Of a stretch of DNA of 50,026 nucleotides, positions 33,487-45,765 are shown piece by piece. A program made the position numbers and the translations under genes. Below the pieces are notes generated by a model that saw only the letters and a list, made by a program, of their open reading frames with translations, searched no databases and was not told the DNA's origin. Origin of the DNA: Octopus sinensis (lineage: Eukaryota); NCBI RefSeq assembly GCF_006345805.1, contig NW_021834287.1, forward strand, positions 1 through 50,026. Reading direction: 5' to 3'. How positions within the stretch are numbered: the stretch's first letter is position 1; each line of letters begins with the position of its first letter.

Positions 33487-36425
33487 CCGAAAATTGAACC
33501 AAATTCTGATTGAAAAATCAGCTACTGGATCAAAACTTCCCAACACACAGGAGCTAGACGTACCCCACAACCGGAATATTCCAACAGATGGCCATCCATG
33601 CTCGTCACCAAATAATCAAAAGAAAAAGAAAGAAAAATGGTCTAGGGAAGATAATAAAGAATTTCTTGAGGCCTTCTACGATGCCATATATTTCCCCACA
33701 AATAAATCTAACACTGTACAAACATACTTAAACTGGAGACAGAAACACCCTGAAGTAAGACCCTCCATAGACAGTAACAAACTTGCCAACGTCAGAAGAA
33801 GCATTATAAAAAAAAATTACTGACTGAAGTAGAGATTGATCAAGTTAGACAAGCAATATCGGATAAAATGAACGAAGCTGCAGCTAAAGAAGATAATTAT
33901 AGACCAGCCCAGGGCTGATAAAAACGAAGTAAGGATTGAAAGAGTTAGTATAAGTGATAGGCAAAGTGAAATACTCCCTGAACCAATCATAAACACTAAG
34001 ACAGATGAACATCAAATAGATGAAGAAACTCACACAAATATTGACCCAACAGAACTACATGAGCTAAAAAATCAAATCATGATTGAATGGCTGAAAATTA
34101 AAGAAACCAGTATGGATGAACGTGATACACTCCCTAAAATCCGCAACTCTAACCAAAACATGAAAATAATTGGTAAAATCTGGCTTGCACTTAAGGATAT
34201 AATTTCAGCTAATGATGTTGATATCACAGATCTCAACCACCTGTACTATGCATCTGCGAAAATCTCAACGATTCTATGTGGTGTAAAGATTAGAAAATGG
34301 CAACATTCCCACAAAAAGCCTTCTTGGCAAGAGCGTATGCAACAACAAATTAAACCATTTAGATCTGACATTGAATATTTGAAAAACTTTAAGGTTCACA
34401 AGACTACCAAACCTACAAAAACCCCAAAATTGCTGAAAAAATACAATATGAAAACTATACTTGATATTGATGCCACCATAGAAACCATCAAACAAAAGGT
34501 ATCTGCCAAAGCTGCCTGCATAGTGAGGTATGAAAAGCGTGTTAGATTTTTCAAGGACAACAACATGTTAAAAAATAACCCCAAGAATACCTCTCTCAAA
34601 ACTGCTCAATAAGTACGGGTATAAAATGTTTGATAAAAATATAAATCATCTCATTTACATGGATGATTTAAAGCTTTTTGCAAAAAATGATCAACAACTC
34701 AAGGGCTTACTAGCGATAGTCAAACAATTCAATGACGACATCAGAATGCAATTCGGCCTCGATAAATGTGCAAAAGCTACCTTTATCAAAGGAAAAATGA
34801 CAGAAACATCTAACGTTAACCTTGACCAACAGAATGTCATAAAAGAACTAGACCCAGCGGAGAGCTACAAGTACTTAGGGGTAATTGAAGGGAATGGAAT
34901 AAGGCATTCAGAGATGAAGGAAAGGATCAGGAGAGAATGCTATCGAAGAGTGAGAGCAATAATCAAGACAGAGCTGAATGCAAGAAACAGGATCGAAGCG
35001 ATCAATGCATTAGCCATACCAGTCGTGACTTACAGTTTCAATATCGTTAACTGATCAATTACTGAAATATGTAATCTTGACAGAAAAATAAGGAAACTGT
35101 TGACAATGCATAGAATGCACCACCCTAAGGCAGATACAGAACGACTTTATCTGCCAAGAAAAGAGGGAGGCCGTGGTCTTTTGCAACTGGCAATAACAAT
35201 GAAGATTGCTACAATTGGCCTAGACACCTACCTGAAAAAGTCTGAGGACTGGATGTTAAAACTTGTCTCAAAACACGAAAACAAGAAAGCATCATACTCA
35301 GTAACAAAACAGGCAAAGGAATATCTAAGTGAATTCCGAATACAACAAATTTCGGAATTAGAGATAGTCATACAAGAAACAAGCACAGAAAAAGCTAGGC
35401 ACATGAAAACCCGTGCCAAAACTGCGGCCTTAGATACTCTGAATAATAAATGGCAAGAAAACCCTCTCTATGGCAAATACTCAAAGAGAGCGAATAATGC
35501 AGATATTGACAAAGCCCTGACCCATCAATGGCTAATGGCCTCTGGCTTAAAATCTGAAACAGAAGGGTTTATCATAGCAGCTCAAGATCAATGCCTACCA
35601 ACAAGAAACTACCAGGCCAACATATTAAAGAACGGCAGTAGCCCAACATGTCGTGTATGCCGACAACAAAATGAAACCATTGATCATGTTGTCTCCAAAT
35701 GCAGTCTTCTAGCGCCTACAGAGTACCTCAACAGACATGATAGAGCAGCACAATATATTCACTGGGTAATTTGCAAAAACCTGGATTTGCCCCATGAAAA
35801 CAACTGGTGGGAACACAATCCACCTCCAGTGCTTGAAAATGACCACATCTCACTCCTCTGGAACTTCACCATTCAAACTGACAGAAAGATAGATGCAAAT
35901 AGGCCAGACATCATATTGAAAGACTTCAGACAAAGAACATGCCTCCTCATTGATATGACTGTCCCAATCGATATAAACGTATCTGTCAAGACCTACCAAA
36001 AACTGAGCAAATATAAAGATCTTGAAATAGAAATCAGCAAAATGTGGAACCTGAAGACTAAAACAATACCTGTTGTCATAGGTGCCCTGGGAATGATAGC
36101 GAAAGGGGCTGATTGCTACCTAACTCAGATACCAGGAAACCCCAAAATGGCAGAAATTCAAAAGATAGTGCTCATGGGAACTGCTCATATCCTACGCAAA
36201 ATACTCTCTATGTAATCCCAAGGTTTAAAACAAACTTTTAAAAAAACATAAAAAAAAAAAAATTCTATTTATTAGACATTCATTAGTTCAACACAAAAAA
36301 ACCTGAAATATATGGTACACTAGGCATAACAACAATGTGAACTTCCAACCTGTTGTCTCTTGAGGTCTCTGGGTGAGACTTGGAGCCAACTTGTACAGAC
36401 ATAAAGCAAAAGTCAAACATAGAAT
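33484..36425 (+). mobile_element. R4/Dong-type REL LINE, internally deleted, flanked by (AAT)n at both ends
   Basis: N-terminal ORF (KWSREDNKE..), then junction near 34586 into INHLIYMDDLKLF; HPKAD..RLYLPRKEGGRGL; CCHC finger CRVC...ETIDHVVSKC; RHD; REL RPDII...IDMTVP...K..KY; 3'UTR then aataataatgatgat. Confidence 0.92.
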
Positions 36426-36432
36426 AATAATA

Positions 36433-36465
<33 letters not shown>

Positions 36466-36739
36466 GTGGGATGATGATGATTGATAATAATGAAGATAAT
36501 AATAATAACAATAATAATAATGATAATAATAATATAAGTTGCAGTATATAAAAGTAAAAATATATAATGAATGAAATAAAATAAAAGTGAAATAAAATTT
36601 ATGCTATTTAAATACACATATCCATGTGTACTTTCATACAAAAGAACCTGTGTGTGTGTGTGTGTGTGTTTCTCTTTACACCTTATAGAATCTTTGTTAA
36701 TAAAGTTAAAAGGCTCTGGGAATGAGTTCAATTAAATGC

Positions 36740-36770
<31 letters not shown>

Positions 36771-36928
36771 TGTATGTATGTATGTATGTATGTATGTATG
36801 TATGTGTGCCTGTATATTTATTTAGCTCATATATATTTATTTATATATTGTATAGATAGATATATATGTATATCTATCTATCTATCTATCTATATATATG
36901 TATATATATTTAAGTAGCTACATACATA

Positions 36929-36984
<56 letters not shown>

Positions 36985-36988
<4 letters not shown>

Positions 36989-37030
36989 TGCATACATTCA
37001 TACTGACATGCAGATATGCATAAACATAAG

Positions 37031-37062
<32 letters not shown>

Positions 37063-37415
37063 AAGTTTCACATGCTAAAACGCATGTGAGAATGCCATCT
37101 CAGTTCGATCTTGTTGGTTGAGTTTTTGAAAAGATGTCTAATTCCCATGTGCACAGTTGCTTTTGTCTTCAAGGCCTGGTTTGCAGGACAACAAAACACG
37201 CATGTATGTATGTATGTATGTATGTATGTATGTGTATGTATGTATGCATGCATGCATGCATGCATGTATCTATGTACGTATGTATGTATGTACGTACATA
37301 AGTATATATATGTGTACGTATAAAAATGTCTCATGATGAATTGACGTAGAAATCCAGACGGACAAAGCGTCCTCAATCTTTAAGTTTAAAAAGTCTCCCA
37401 TTATGAAGTCAGAGT
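36985..37415. repeat. Composite of two locally duplicated segments
   Basis: 36985-37200 = inverted 24490-24745 with 45-bp deletion; 37315-37415 = direct copy of about 32290-32415 with ~21-bp deletion. Confidence 0.75.
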
Positions 37416-37717
37416 TAAAGTTGTTTGTTTTCTTATCACACCCTTTCGTTCATTGAGTCCCACACGTCAATCTATTGTTTCTCACGACACACCTGAGTTT
37501 TTGCTTTTGTATTCCCATCCAGTGTTCACCTGAGGTTAAAAATTATTTGTTTTTAAAGTCTTTGTGTGCCTTTTTGGGAAAATATGTTTATATTTGTGTA
37601 AAAAATTCTAAATTTAACTTGCTTTTTACATATTTGATCCTATACTGAAACACATGCACACACACACACACACGCACGTGCGCGCATATACACATACATA
37701 CACACACACGCAGACAC

Positions 37718-38340
37718 ATGTAACTGCAGAATATGTGGAAATGGACAAGAAACAATAAATCTTATTATCTCTGGCTGTCCAGTCCTGGCTAAGAAGGAAT
37801 ATATTCACAGACACGACAGAGTTGGAACCTACATACACTGGAAGCTATGCCAACATTATGGAATAACAACAGAAAAAAGATGGTATAGGCACACGCCAGA
37901 AAAAGGTCACAGAAAACGAGAAAGCAACCATACTCTGGGATATGTGGATACACACAGATAGAGAAATTAAAGCCAAGAGACCAGATATAGTTGTCAGAGA
38001 TCATGAAGAAAAAAAATGCTTTCTAATTGATGTATCAATACCGGCAGATGACAACGTGTCTCTAAAAGAAATGGAGAAACTTTCAAAATACAAAGACCTG
38101 GAAATAGAGGTAACTCGAATGCGGAATCTGAAAACAGAAACAATCCCTATCATAGTAGGTGCATTAGGCATGATAAAAAAATATTCAGACAAATACATAA
38201 TAAAAATACCAAGACTTACAAGTATATATAACGTACAGAAAATTGCACTACTAGGCACTGCACACATCCTACGCAGAACACTTTCAATACAGTGAAAATA
38301 AGAGCACCACAACAAAACACAGCATCAGACAAACAAATAA
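37718..38340 (+). mobile_element. R4/Dong-type LINE 3' fragment (second subfamily)
   Basis: GCPVLAKKEYIHRHDRVG; ORF 37942-38295 TDREIKAKRPDIV...LIDVSIP...EKLSKYKDL...GTAHILRRTL. Confidence 0.85.
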
Positions 38341-38344
38341 TCTT

Positions 38345-39150
38345 ATGAAGACTTCTAGAAGGATTGTGGTGGAAACAATGGGATTGAGGACTACTGAGAA
38401 TAGAACAGGATGGATAGAAGAGGAAATAAGCAACCGTAGTGGAAAATGAGAATTTCGGAAGATATAAACTCCTTGAACAATGTAGGGTGAATACTTCTGA
38501 GGAAAAGAAATGGAGAATTTAAGAATGAATGGAAATTCGAAAAAGTTGGGAAGAAGTAAGGTGTAGATAGAAAAGGCTTCAATGTTGTAATTGAAGAACT
38601 GAAGCAGCAGCGAATACGGGCAAAAATAGCAAAGCTAACTCGGTTTGAACAACGAATTAAGCAATACCATCAAAACAAATTGTTTAGAGCCGACCAAAGA
38701 AAGATTTTAGAAAGAGATACTAATAACGATAAAAAAAAAGTGAAAGATTGGTCCCTGATGCTGGTGAAAATCGACTTTTGCGGGGTCAGATATGGAGTAA
38801 GCAAGGACAACATAATACAACAGCTGAATAAATGCAGCTTGAAGCAAAGAGCTTCTTATCCCCAGCAAGAGGCTATCCACTTCACAGAAGACAGTGTCAG
38901 AAATACGAGTAGAAAGATAAGCAATTTGGAAAGCAACAGGACCTGGTGGTGTTCAGGGATTTTGGATAAAAAAAAAAGGCTCAGTAGTTACCATAAATTG
39001 ATCGCAGAACAATTGAATGCATTGATCAATGGAGAAGAGGAAACCCCGAGCTGGATGAGAAAAGGACGAACGGTTTTGTGCCTGAAAGATACATCAAAGG
39101 GAAATGTTGCTGACAATTACAGACCAATATCCTGTGGAAATTACTGTCCT
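38345..39150 (+). mobile_element. Degraded R4-type LINE fragment, pre-RT and RT start
   Basis: KLFRADQRK; LSSYHKLIAEQLN; TPSWM.KGRTVLC.KD..KGNVADNYRPISC. Confidence 0.7.
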
Positions 39151-39169
39151 TAGTGGTTTAACGGGCACA

Positions 39170-39545
39170 AAATGGAGCTCGCATGTCCGAGACCATCATT
39201 TATGAAGCTACCGTGGACTCTATATCCACTAAGGATACGGTTCCGACGAAGAAATACGTGGGCCTTGCAGAGGGTAATTTCAAGGCCAGATTCAATGATC
39301 ACACCTTGAGCTTTCCATCACTGGGATTAAAAGAAAGCAACCAAATTATCCAGTTATATATGGTCCTTAAAAGATAGAGGTGTCAGTTACAACATCCATT
39401 GGATGATCTGAGCCAAGGGCAATGGAAAGTGCGGTCTTTGTGATATGAAAAGATAGCTCATCTGGAAAAGCAGCTTAGACCCCTAAATTCAAGAACTGAA
39501 CTTTTCGGATCATGTCCATACGTGGCTAAATATTTGTTACGTTTT
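39170..39545 (+). mobile_element. Penelope-like element fragment (GIY-YIG endonuclease)
   Basis: IIYEATV...KKYVGLAEGNFKARFNDHTLSF, then in a shifted frame ATKLSSYIWSLKDRGVSYNIHW, a Penelope-type GIY-YIG pattern. Confidence 0.7.
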
Positions 39546-40389
39546 AGGTCCTCCGGAGATTACAGATAGGACTTGCTTTCTGTATTGTGTTCACATACAA
39601 GCTTTTATCTCTCTATACTTTTTACTTATATTTCTTATATATTTTTCATATATTATTTTACATATTTATAGAGATATTTTTTTATAGTTTTATTGCTCAT
39701 ATATTTTTTACAAATATTTTTTCTGTATTCAACCTTCCACCCCGCATTTGTTCTGTGCGCATATAGATGTGTATATGGCATTTTTTTGTGCGCACGTGTG
39801 GATGTGTGCGTGTGTACGAGTATGTGCGTATATAAACGAGTGTGTGTGCGCGTGCATGCGAATATGTGCGTATATAGACGTGGTTTACTCTTTTTGCACT
39901 TTTTTATAGACATTTTCCTGTATTTTGCCTTTTGCCCTGTTTTTCCTTATGCCTGTGCGTATTTAGACGTGTGTATGAACATTTTTTGTGCGCGTGTGTG
40001 AGTGTGTACGAGCGTGTATGCGGGTATGTATATATTTTTGTATATATAATTGATTAATAACGGATTATTACTGTTTTAAAATACTCACGGACAGAAATAT
40101 AAATTGATATTCCTAAATATACACACACTTATTTAATAACCGTTATATTAGTTTTTATTTTTAATTTCATTTTATTTCTTTATTTAAATTTTTAAAAATT
40201 AAATTGTTGACGCTCTCATTTACAAACATTAACATATATCAATTCAGTCTATTTTAATCTGTGGTTTTACCCTGATGAGACTCTTACCCAAAATATTTCC
40301 ATAAGTTTTATAATATGAAGTTATATAAATTTGTGGTTGGCTTTAGGGGTTGAACAATTGTAGGGATTATATTTATAATTATATTATAA

Positions 40390-40562
40390 TAGGCGCAGGA
40401 GTGGCTGTGTGGTAAGTAGCTTGCTAAACAACCACATGGTTCCGGGTTCAGTCCCACTGCGTGGCATCTTGGGCAAGTGCCTTCTGCTATAGCCCCGTGC
40501 CGACCAATACCTTGTGTGTGGATTTGGTAGACGGAAACTGAAAGAAGCCTGTCGTATATATG

Positions 40563-40595
<33 letters not shown>

Positions 40596-40815
40596 TTGTG
40601 TGTCTGTGTTTGTCCCCCTAGCATTGCTTGACAACTGATGCTGGTGTGTTTACGTCCCCGTCACTTAGCGGTTCGGCAAAAAAAGACCGATAGAATAAGT
40701 ACTGGGCTTATAAAAAGAATAAGTCCCGGGGTCGAGTTGCTCGACTAAAAAAGGCGGTGCTCCAGCATGGCCGCAGTCAAATGACTGAAACAAGTAAAAG
40801 AGTAAAAGAGTAAAA
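40390..40815 (+). mobile_element. SINE family A, full-length
   Basis: Same head and tail as 10507 and 12424; tail (aaaagagt) repeats. Confidence 0.85.
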
Positions 40816-40963
40816 GAATAACAATATAATATTATGTTAATAAATTAAACTATGTCAATACATTTTCCTTTTGTTATCGTACATATATATCTATATATAT
40901 ATGTATATATATACATATGTGTGTGTGTATGTCTATATATATACCCATACAGATGTATGCATG

Positions 40964-40995
<32 letters not shown>

Positions 40996-41068
40996 TTAGG
41001 GTATAAATTGATATTTATCAATTAGAACCAGTGGTCTAGCATATTAAAAAAAGAATCCGAAGATTAAA

Positions 41069-41240
41069 ATATTTATATATACCAATTAAGGACTGAACAC
41101 GAAAAGTGGACAGTCAACATGCTAGATATGTTGAGTTTGATCTGAGAACATAATCTTTTGTGGAGAATGGCGATTTGACGTCTATATCTAGCATGTTGAC
41201 TGTCCACTTTTCGTGTTCAGTCCTTAATTGGTATATATAA

Positions 41241-41244
<4 letters not shown>
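41069..41244. repeat. Perfect fold-back inverted repeat, 61-bp arms, 54-bp spacer
   Basis: 41069-41129 is the exact reverse complement of 41184-41244. Confidence 0.9.
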
Positions 41245-41303
<59 letters not shown>

Positions 41304-41464
41304 GGTACACACACACACGCATACACATGTATGCATAAATATCTTTGTGCGTAAGCATAGTTCTGTAGGTGACAATCCTTCTGCCCAACCAGACTGATCA
41401 AAGCGTTGTGAATTGATTTGGGACACGAAACCTGAAAGACGCCCATCGTGTATATATATATATG

Positions 41465-41507
<43 letters not shown>

Positions 41508-41692
41508 ATAGTCATGTATATTTCGTGTCTGTGTGTTTGCGTTTGTCTCTTGCCTCAGCCTGGGAACTGGTGATTGTTGGTTTGTTTATGGCCTTGTCAT
41601 TTGGCAGCTCAAGGAGAGAGTGTTATAATTAGTACTACGTTTAAACAAAAACATTTACTGAGGTTAAAAGATAAAAGATGCCATATAACACA

Positions 41693-41815
41693 TGGTGTTG
41701 GTGGTGGTGGTAGTGGTGGTGGTGGTGGTGTTGGTGGTAGTGGTGGTAGTGGTTGTAGTGGTGGTGGTAGTGGTGGTAGTGGTGGTGGTGGTGGTGGTGG
41801 TGGTGGTGGTGGGGT
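41693..41815. repeat. (GGT)n microsatellite
   Basis: Direct inspection. Confidence 0.9.
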
Positions 41816-42219
41816 AAGTGAAGGGCACAAAAAGAGACAAAATAAAAGTCACAATGCAAAGAGGCCCCATGGAAGATGGAGCGAAACCCCTCTGTTTACA
41901 ACAGACAATGCTGAACCTCCCGGATCCAGTAACTGAATGAGAAAGGGACAGAGAATGTGATATGAGACGAATGGAGGAGGATTAGGATATAGTCTTACCT
42001 ACCAAAGAACAATAAAGGCAAATGACTCAGTGTGGTTAGAGCGTCAGGCTCACAATCATGAGGTAGTGAGTTCAATTCTCGGACCCCACAGTGTGATGCG
42101 CTCTTTCTGACAAAACCTCGTCTCTTTTGACTGCAAGAAACCTAAACGCTGCCCTTTTTTTATGAAACCATCACCACACCAACGGTATTTGTTGGAAACC
42201 ACATCCTGTGACAGTCGAG

Positions 42220-42430
42220 ATTCACGCCGGACGAAATGCTTATCGAAATTTCGGCTGCCATTACGTTCTGAGTTCAAATTCCACCGAGGTCGATTTTTGT
42301 CATTCATCCTTTCGGTGTTGATTAAATAAATACGAGTTACGCACTAGGGTCAATGTAATTGACTTAATCCCTTTGTTTGTCCCTTCTATGTTTAGACCGC
42401 CCCCCCCCCACGTGGGCTATAAAGAAATAA
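42220..42430 (+). mobile_element. SINE family B copy
   Basis: gccggacgaaatgctta...gagttcaaattccaccgaggtcga...tgggctataaagaaata. Confidence 0.75.
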
Positions 42431-42524
42431 ATGTTCCAAGGGAAGCAAATGTTATTAAATTAGAACGAATTCTGCAGGGAGATAATTCAGTGCATTGTAT
42501 ACATTAGCGATGTAAGAGAAAACC

Positions 42525-42885
42525 AGTTACTCCCCTTACTTTTGAGGACATAAAATTGTGTTAATTCCCTTTTCGAGATATTATACAAAGCCTGTTACTT
42601 CCCTTTGTGTTGAGGCGATGAAATGAGTTACTTCCCTTCCAAGGCATTATACAAATGAGTTACTTCCCTTCATATTGAGGAGTTAAAATGAGTTACTTCC
42701 CTTTCAAAAATTTATGCATGGCAATTTACTTCCGTTTGTCACGTGGACATAAAATGAGCTACTTCCCTTAGAAGTTATACAATAGCAATCACTTCCCTTT
42801 GTATTCAGGACATGAACTGAATTAGTTCCCTTTCGAGACGTTATACAAAAGCAGTTACTTGCCCTTGAATTGAGTTACTTCCCTT
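42525..42885. repeat. Degenerate minisatellite: about 12 copies of core AGTTACTTCCCTT at ~33-bp spacing
   Basis: Cores near 42525, 42560, 42593, 42626, 42658, 42691, 42724, 42757, 42787, 42821, 42853 and 42873. Confidence 0.8.
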
Positions 42886-43064
42886 CCGTATCCACTTCCA
42901 GTTTTAATACAAACTGTCAAAGGATCGTTGGCAGAGAGACAGTGCAGACCCCTGGCGTTCCCCACTGACCCCATCCCAGCTGACCCCATTTGGATCAGAG
43001 ACGGGAATCCACAAGTGATCCAGTCTGGCTTTTCCAACACATCTCCTAATAAGAAGATTGCTTC

Positions 43065-43199
43065 CGAACCACATGGTTCCGGGTTCAGTCCCACTGCGGG
43101 TCATACTGGGCAACTGTCTTCTACTATAGCCCTCGGTCGACCAAAGCCATGTCAATGCATTTGGTTGACAGAACCTGAAGGAAGTCTGTCGTGTATGTA

Positions 43200-43235
<36 letters not shown>

Positions 43236-43512
43236 TGTGTGTGTGTATGTGTGTGTGTATGTATGTATGTATGTGTGTGTGTGTATGTATGTATGTATGT
43301 ATGTATGTGTGTGTGTATGTGTGTGTGTATGTGGTGTGTGTATGTATGTATGTATGTATGTATGTATGATGTATTTATGTATGTGTTGTGTGTATGTGTG
43401 TGTGTATGTATGTATGTATGTATGATGTATGTATGTGTATGATGTATGTATGTATGTGTGTGTGTATGTATGTATGTGTGTGTGTATGTATGTATTATGT
43501 ATGTATGTATGA

Positions 43513-43543
<31 letters not shown>

Positions 43544-45765
43544 GTGTGTGTGTGTGTATGTATGAATGTATGTATGTATGTATGTATGTGTGTGTGTATG
43601 TATGTATTGTGTTGTGTGTATGTGTGGGTGTATGTATGAATGTATGTATGTATGTATGTATGAATGTATGTATGAGTGTGTGTATGTATGTATGTATGTG
43701 TGGTGATGTATGTATGTATTGTAGGTGTGTGTGTGTATGTAGTATGTATGTATGTATGTATGTATGTATGTATGTGTGTGTGTATGTGTGTGTGTATGTA
43801 TGAATGTATGTATGTATGTATGTATGAATGTATGTATGAATGTATGTATGTATGTATGTATGTATGTATGTATGTATGTATGTATGTATGTACGTATGTA
43901 TGTATGTATGTATGTGTGTGTGTATGTATGTATGTATGTATGTATGTATGTATGTATGTATGTGTGTGTGTGTATGTGTGTGTGTATGTATGAATGTATG
44001 TATGTATGTATGAATGAATGTATGTGTGTATGTATGTATGTATGTATGTATGTATGTATGTATGTATGAATGAATGTATGTGTGTATGTATGTATGTATG
44101 TATGTATGTGTGTGTATGTGTGTGTGTATGTATGAATGTATGTATGTATGTATGTATGAATGAATGTATGTGTGTATGTATGTATGTACGTATGTATGTA
44201 TGTGTGTGTATGTGTGTGTGTATGTATGAATGTATGTATGTATGTATGTATGAATGAATGTATGTGTGTATGTATGTATGTATGTATGTATGTATGTATG
44301 TATGTATGTATGTATGTGTGTGTGTATGTGTGTGTGTATGTATGAATGTATGTATGTATGTATGTATGAATGAATGTATGTGTGTATGTATGTATGTATG
44401 TGTGTGTGTATGTATGTATGTATGTATGTATGTATGTATGTATGTACGTATGTATGTATGTATGTATGTATGTGTGTGTGTATGTATGTATGTATGTATG
44501 TATGTATGTATGTGTGAAAGTATGTATGTATGTGTGAATGTATGTATGTATGTATGTATGTATGTATGTATGTATGTATGTATGTATGTATGTATGTGTG
44601 TGAAAGTATGTATGTATGTGTGAATGTATGTATGTATGTATGTATGTATGTATGTATGTACGTACGTATGTATGTATGTATGTATGTGTGTGTGTATGTA
44701 TGTATGTATGTATGTATGTATGTATGTATGTATGTATGTATGTACGTATGTATGTATGTATGTATGTATGTATGTATGTGTGTGTGTATGTATGTATGTA
44801 TGTGTGTGTATGTGTGTGTGTATGTATGAATGTATGTATGTATGTATGAAGTATGTATGAGTGTGTGTATGTATGTAGGTGGTATGTATGTATGTATGTA
44901 TGTGTGTTGTTATGTATGTATGTATGTATGTATGTATGTATGTATGTATGTATGTATGTATGTGTGTGTATGTGTGTGTGTATGTATGAATGTATGTATG
45001 TAAGTATGTATGAATGTATGTATGTATGAATGTACGTATGTATGTATGTATGTATGTGTTGTGTGTGTATGTATGTATGTATGTATGTATGAATGTACGT
45101 ATGTATGTATGTATGTATGTGTGTGTGTATGTATGTATGTATGTATGTATGTATGTATGTATGTGTGTGTGTATGTGTGTGTGTATGTATGAATGTATGT
45201 ATGTATGTATGTATGTATGAATGAATGTATGTGTGTATGTATGTATGATGTATGTATGTATGTATGTATGTATGTATGATGTATGTATGTAAGTATGAAT
45301 GAATGTATGTGGTATGTACGTATGTATGTATGTATGTATGTGTGTGTGTATGTATGTATGTATGTAGTATGATGTATGTATGTGTGTGTATGTGTGTGTG
45401 TATGTATGATGTATGTATGTATGTATGTATGTATGTATGATGAATGTATGTTGTGTATGTTATGTATGTATGTATGTATGTATGTATGTATGTATGTGTG
45501 TGTGTATGTGTGTGTGTATGTATGAATGTATGTATGTATGCATGTATTTGCGTGTGCATATGTGTGTGTCTGCCATTGCTTGACAACCGATGTTAGTGTA
45601 TTTATGTCCTGTACCTTAGCGATTTTGCAAAGAGAGAGATAGAATAAGTATTGAGATTGCATTGCAAAGACTGAGTCCTGGGGTCGATTTATTCGGCCAC
45701 CAACCTTTAAGACGGTGTTCCAGCATGGCCGCAGTCAAACGACTAAAACAAGTAAAACAAAAGAA
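43065..45765 (+). mobile_element. SINE family A copy split by a ~2.35-kb (TATG)n/(TG)n array (43190-45545)
   Basis: 5' half ccacatggttccgggttcagtcccactgcg...gaaggaagtctgtcg at 43068-43190; 3' half cattgcttgacaaccgatg...ccagcatggccgcagtcaaacgactaaaacaagtaaaa at 45574-45757. Confidence 0.85.

Noticed and set aside
33296-33823. Host gene with poly-Asn tract
   Set aside because: ORF is a read-through from the 560-bp repeat across (AAT)n into the LINE 5' coding region.
41574-41936. Gly-rich / Pro-rich / His-rich ORFs
   Set aside because: Translations of a (GGT)n tract; no splice or domain support.
42525-42885. CRISPR-like regularly interspaced repeats
   Set aside because: The core is only 13 bp, spacers are related to each other in alternation, and no cas genes are present; reported as a minisatellite.
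43124-45586. 820-aa His/Thr/Tyr/Ile-rich ORF and overlapping MYVC ORFs
   Set aside because: Pure translation of the (TATG)n/(TG)n array inside a SINE; stop-free by composition.
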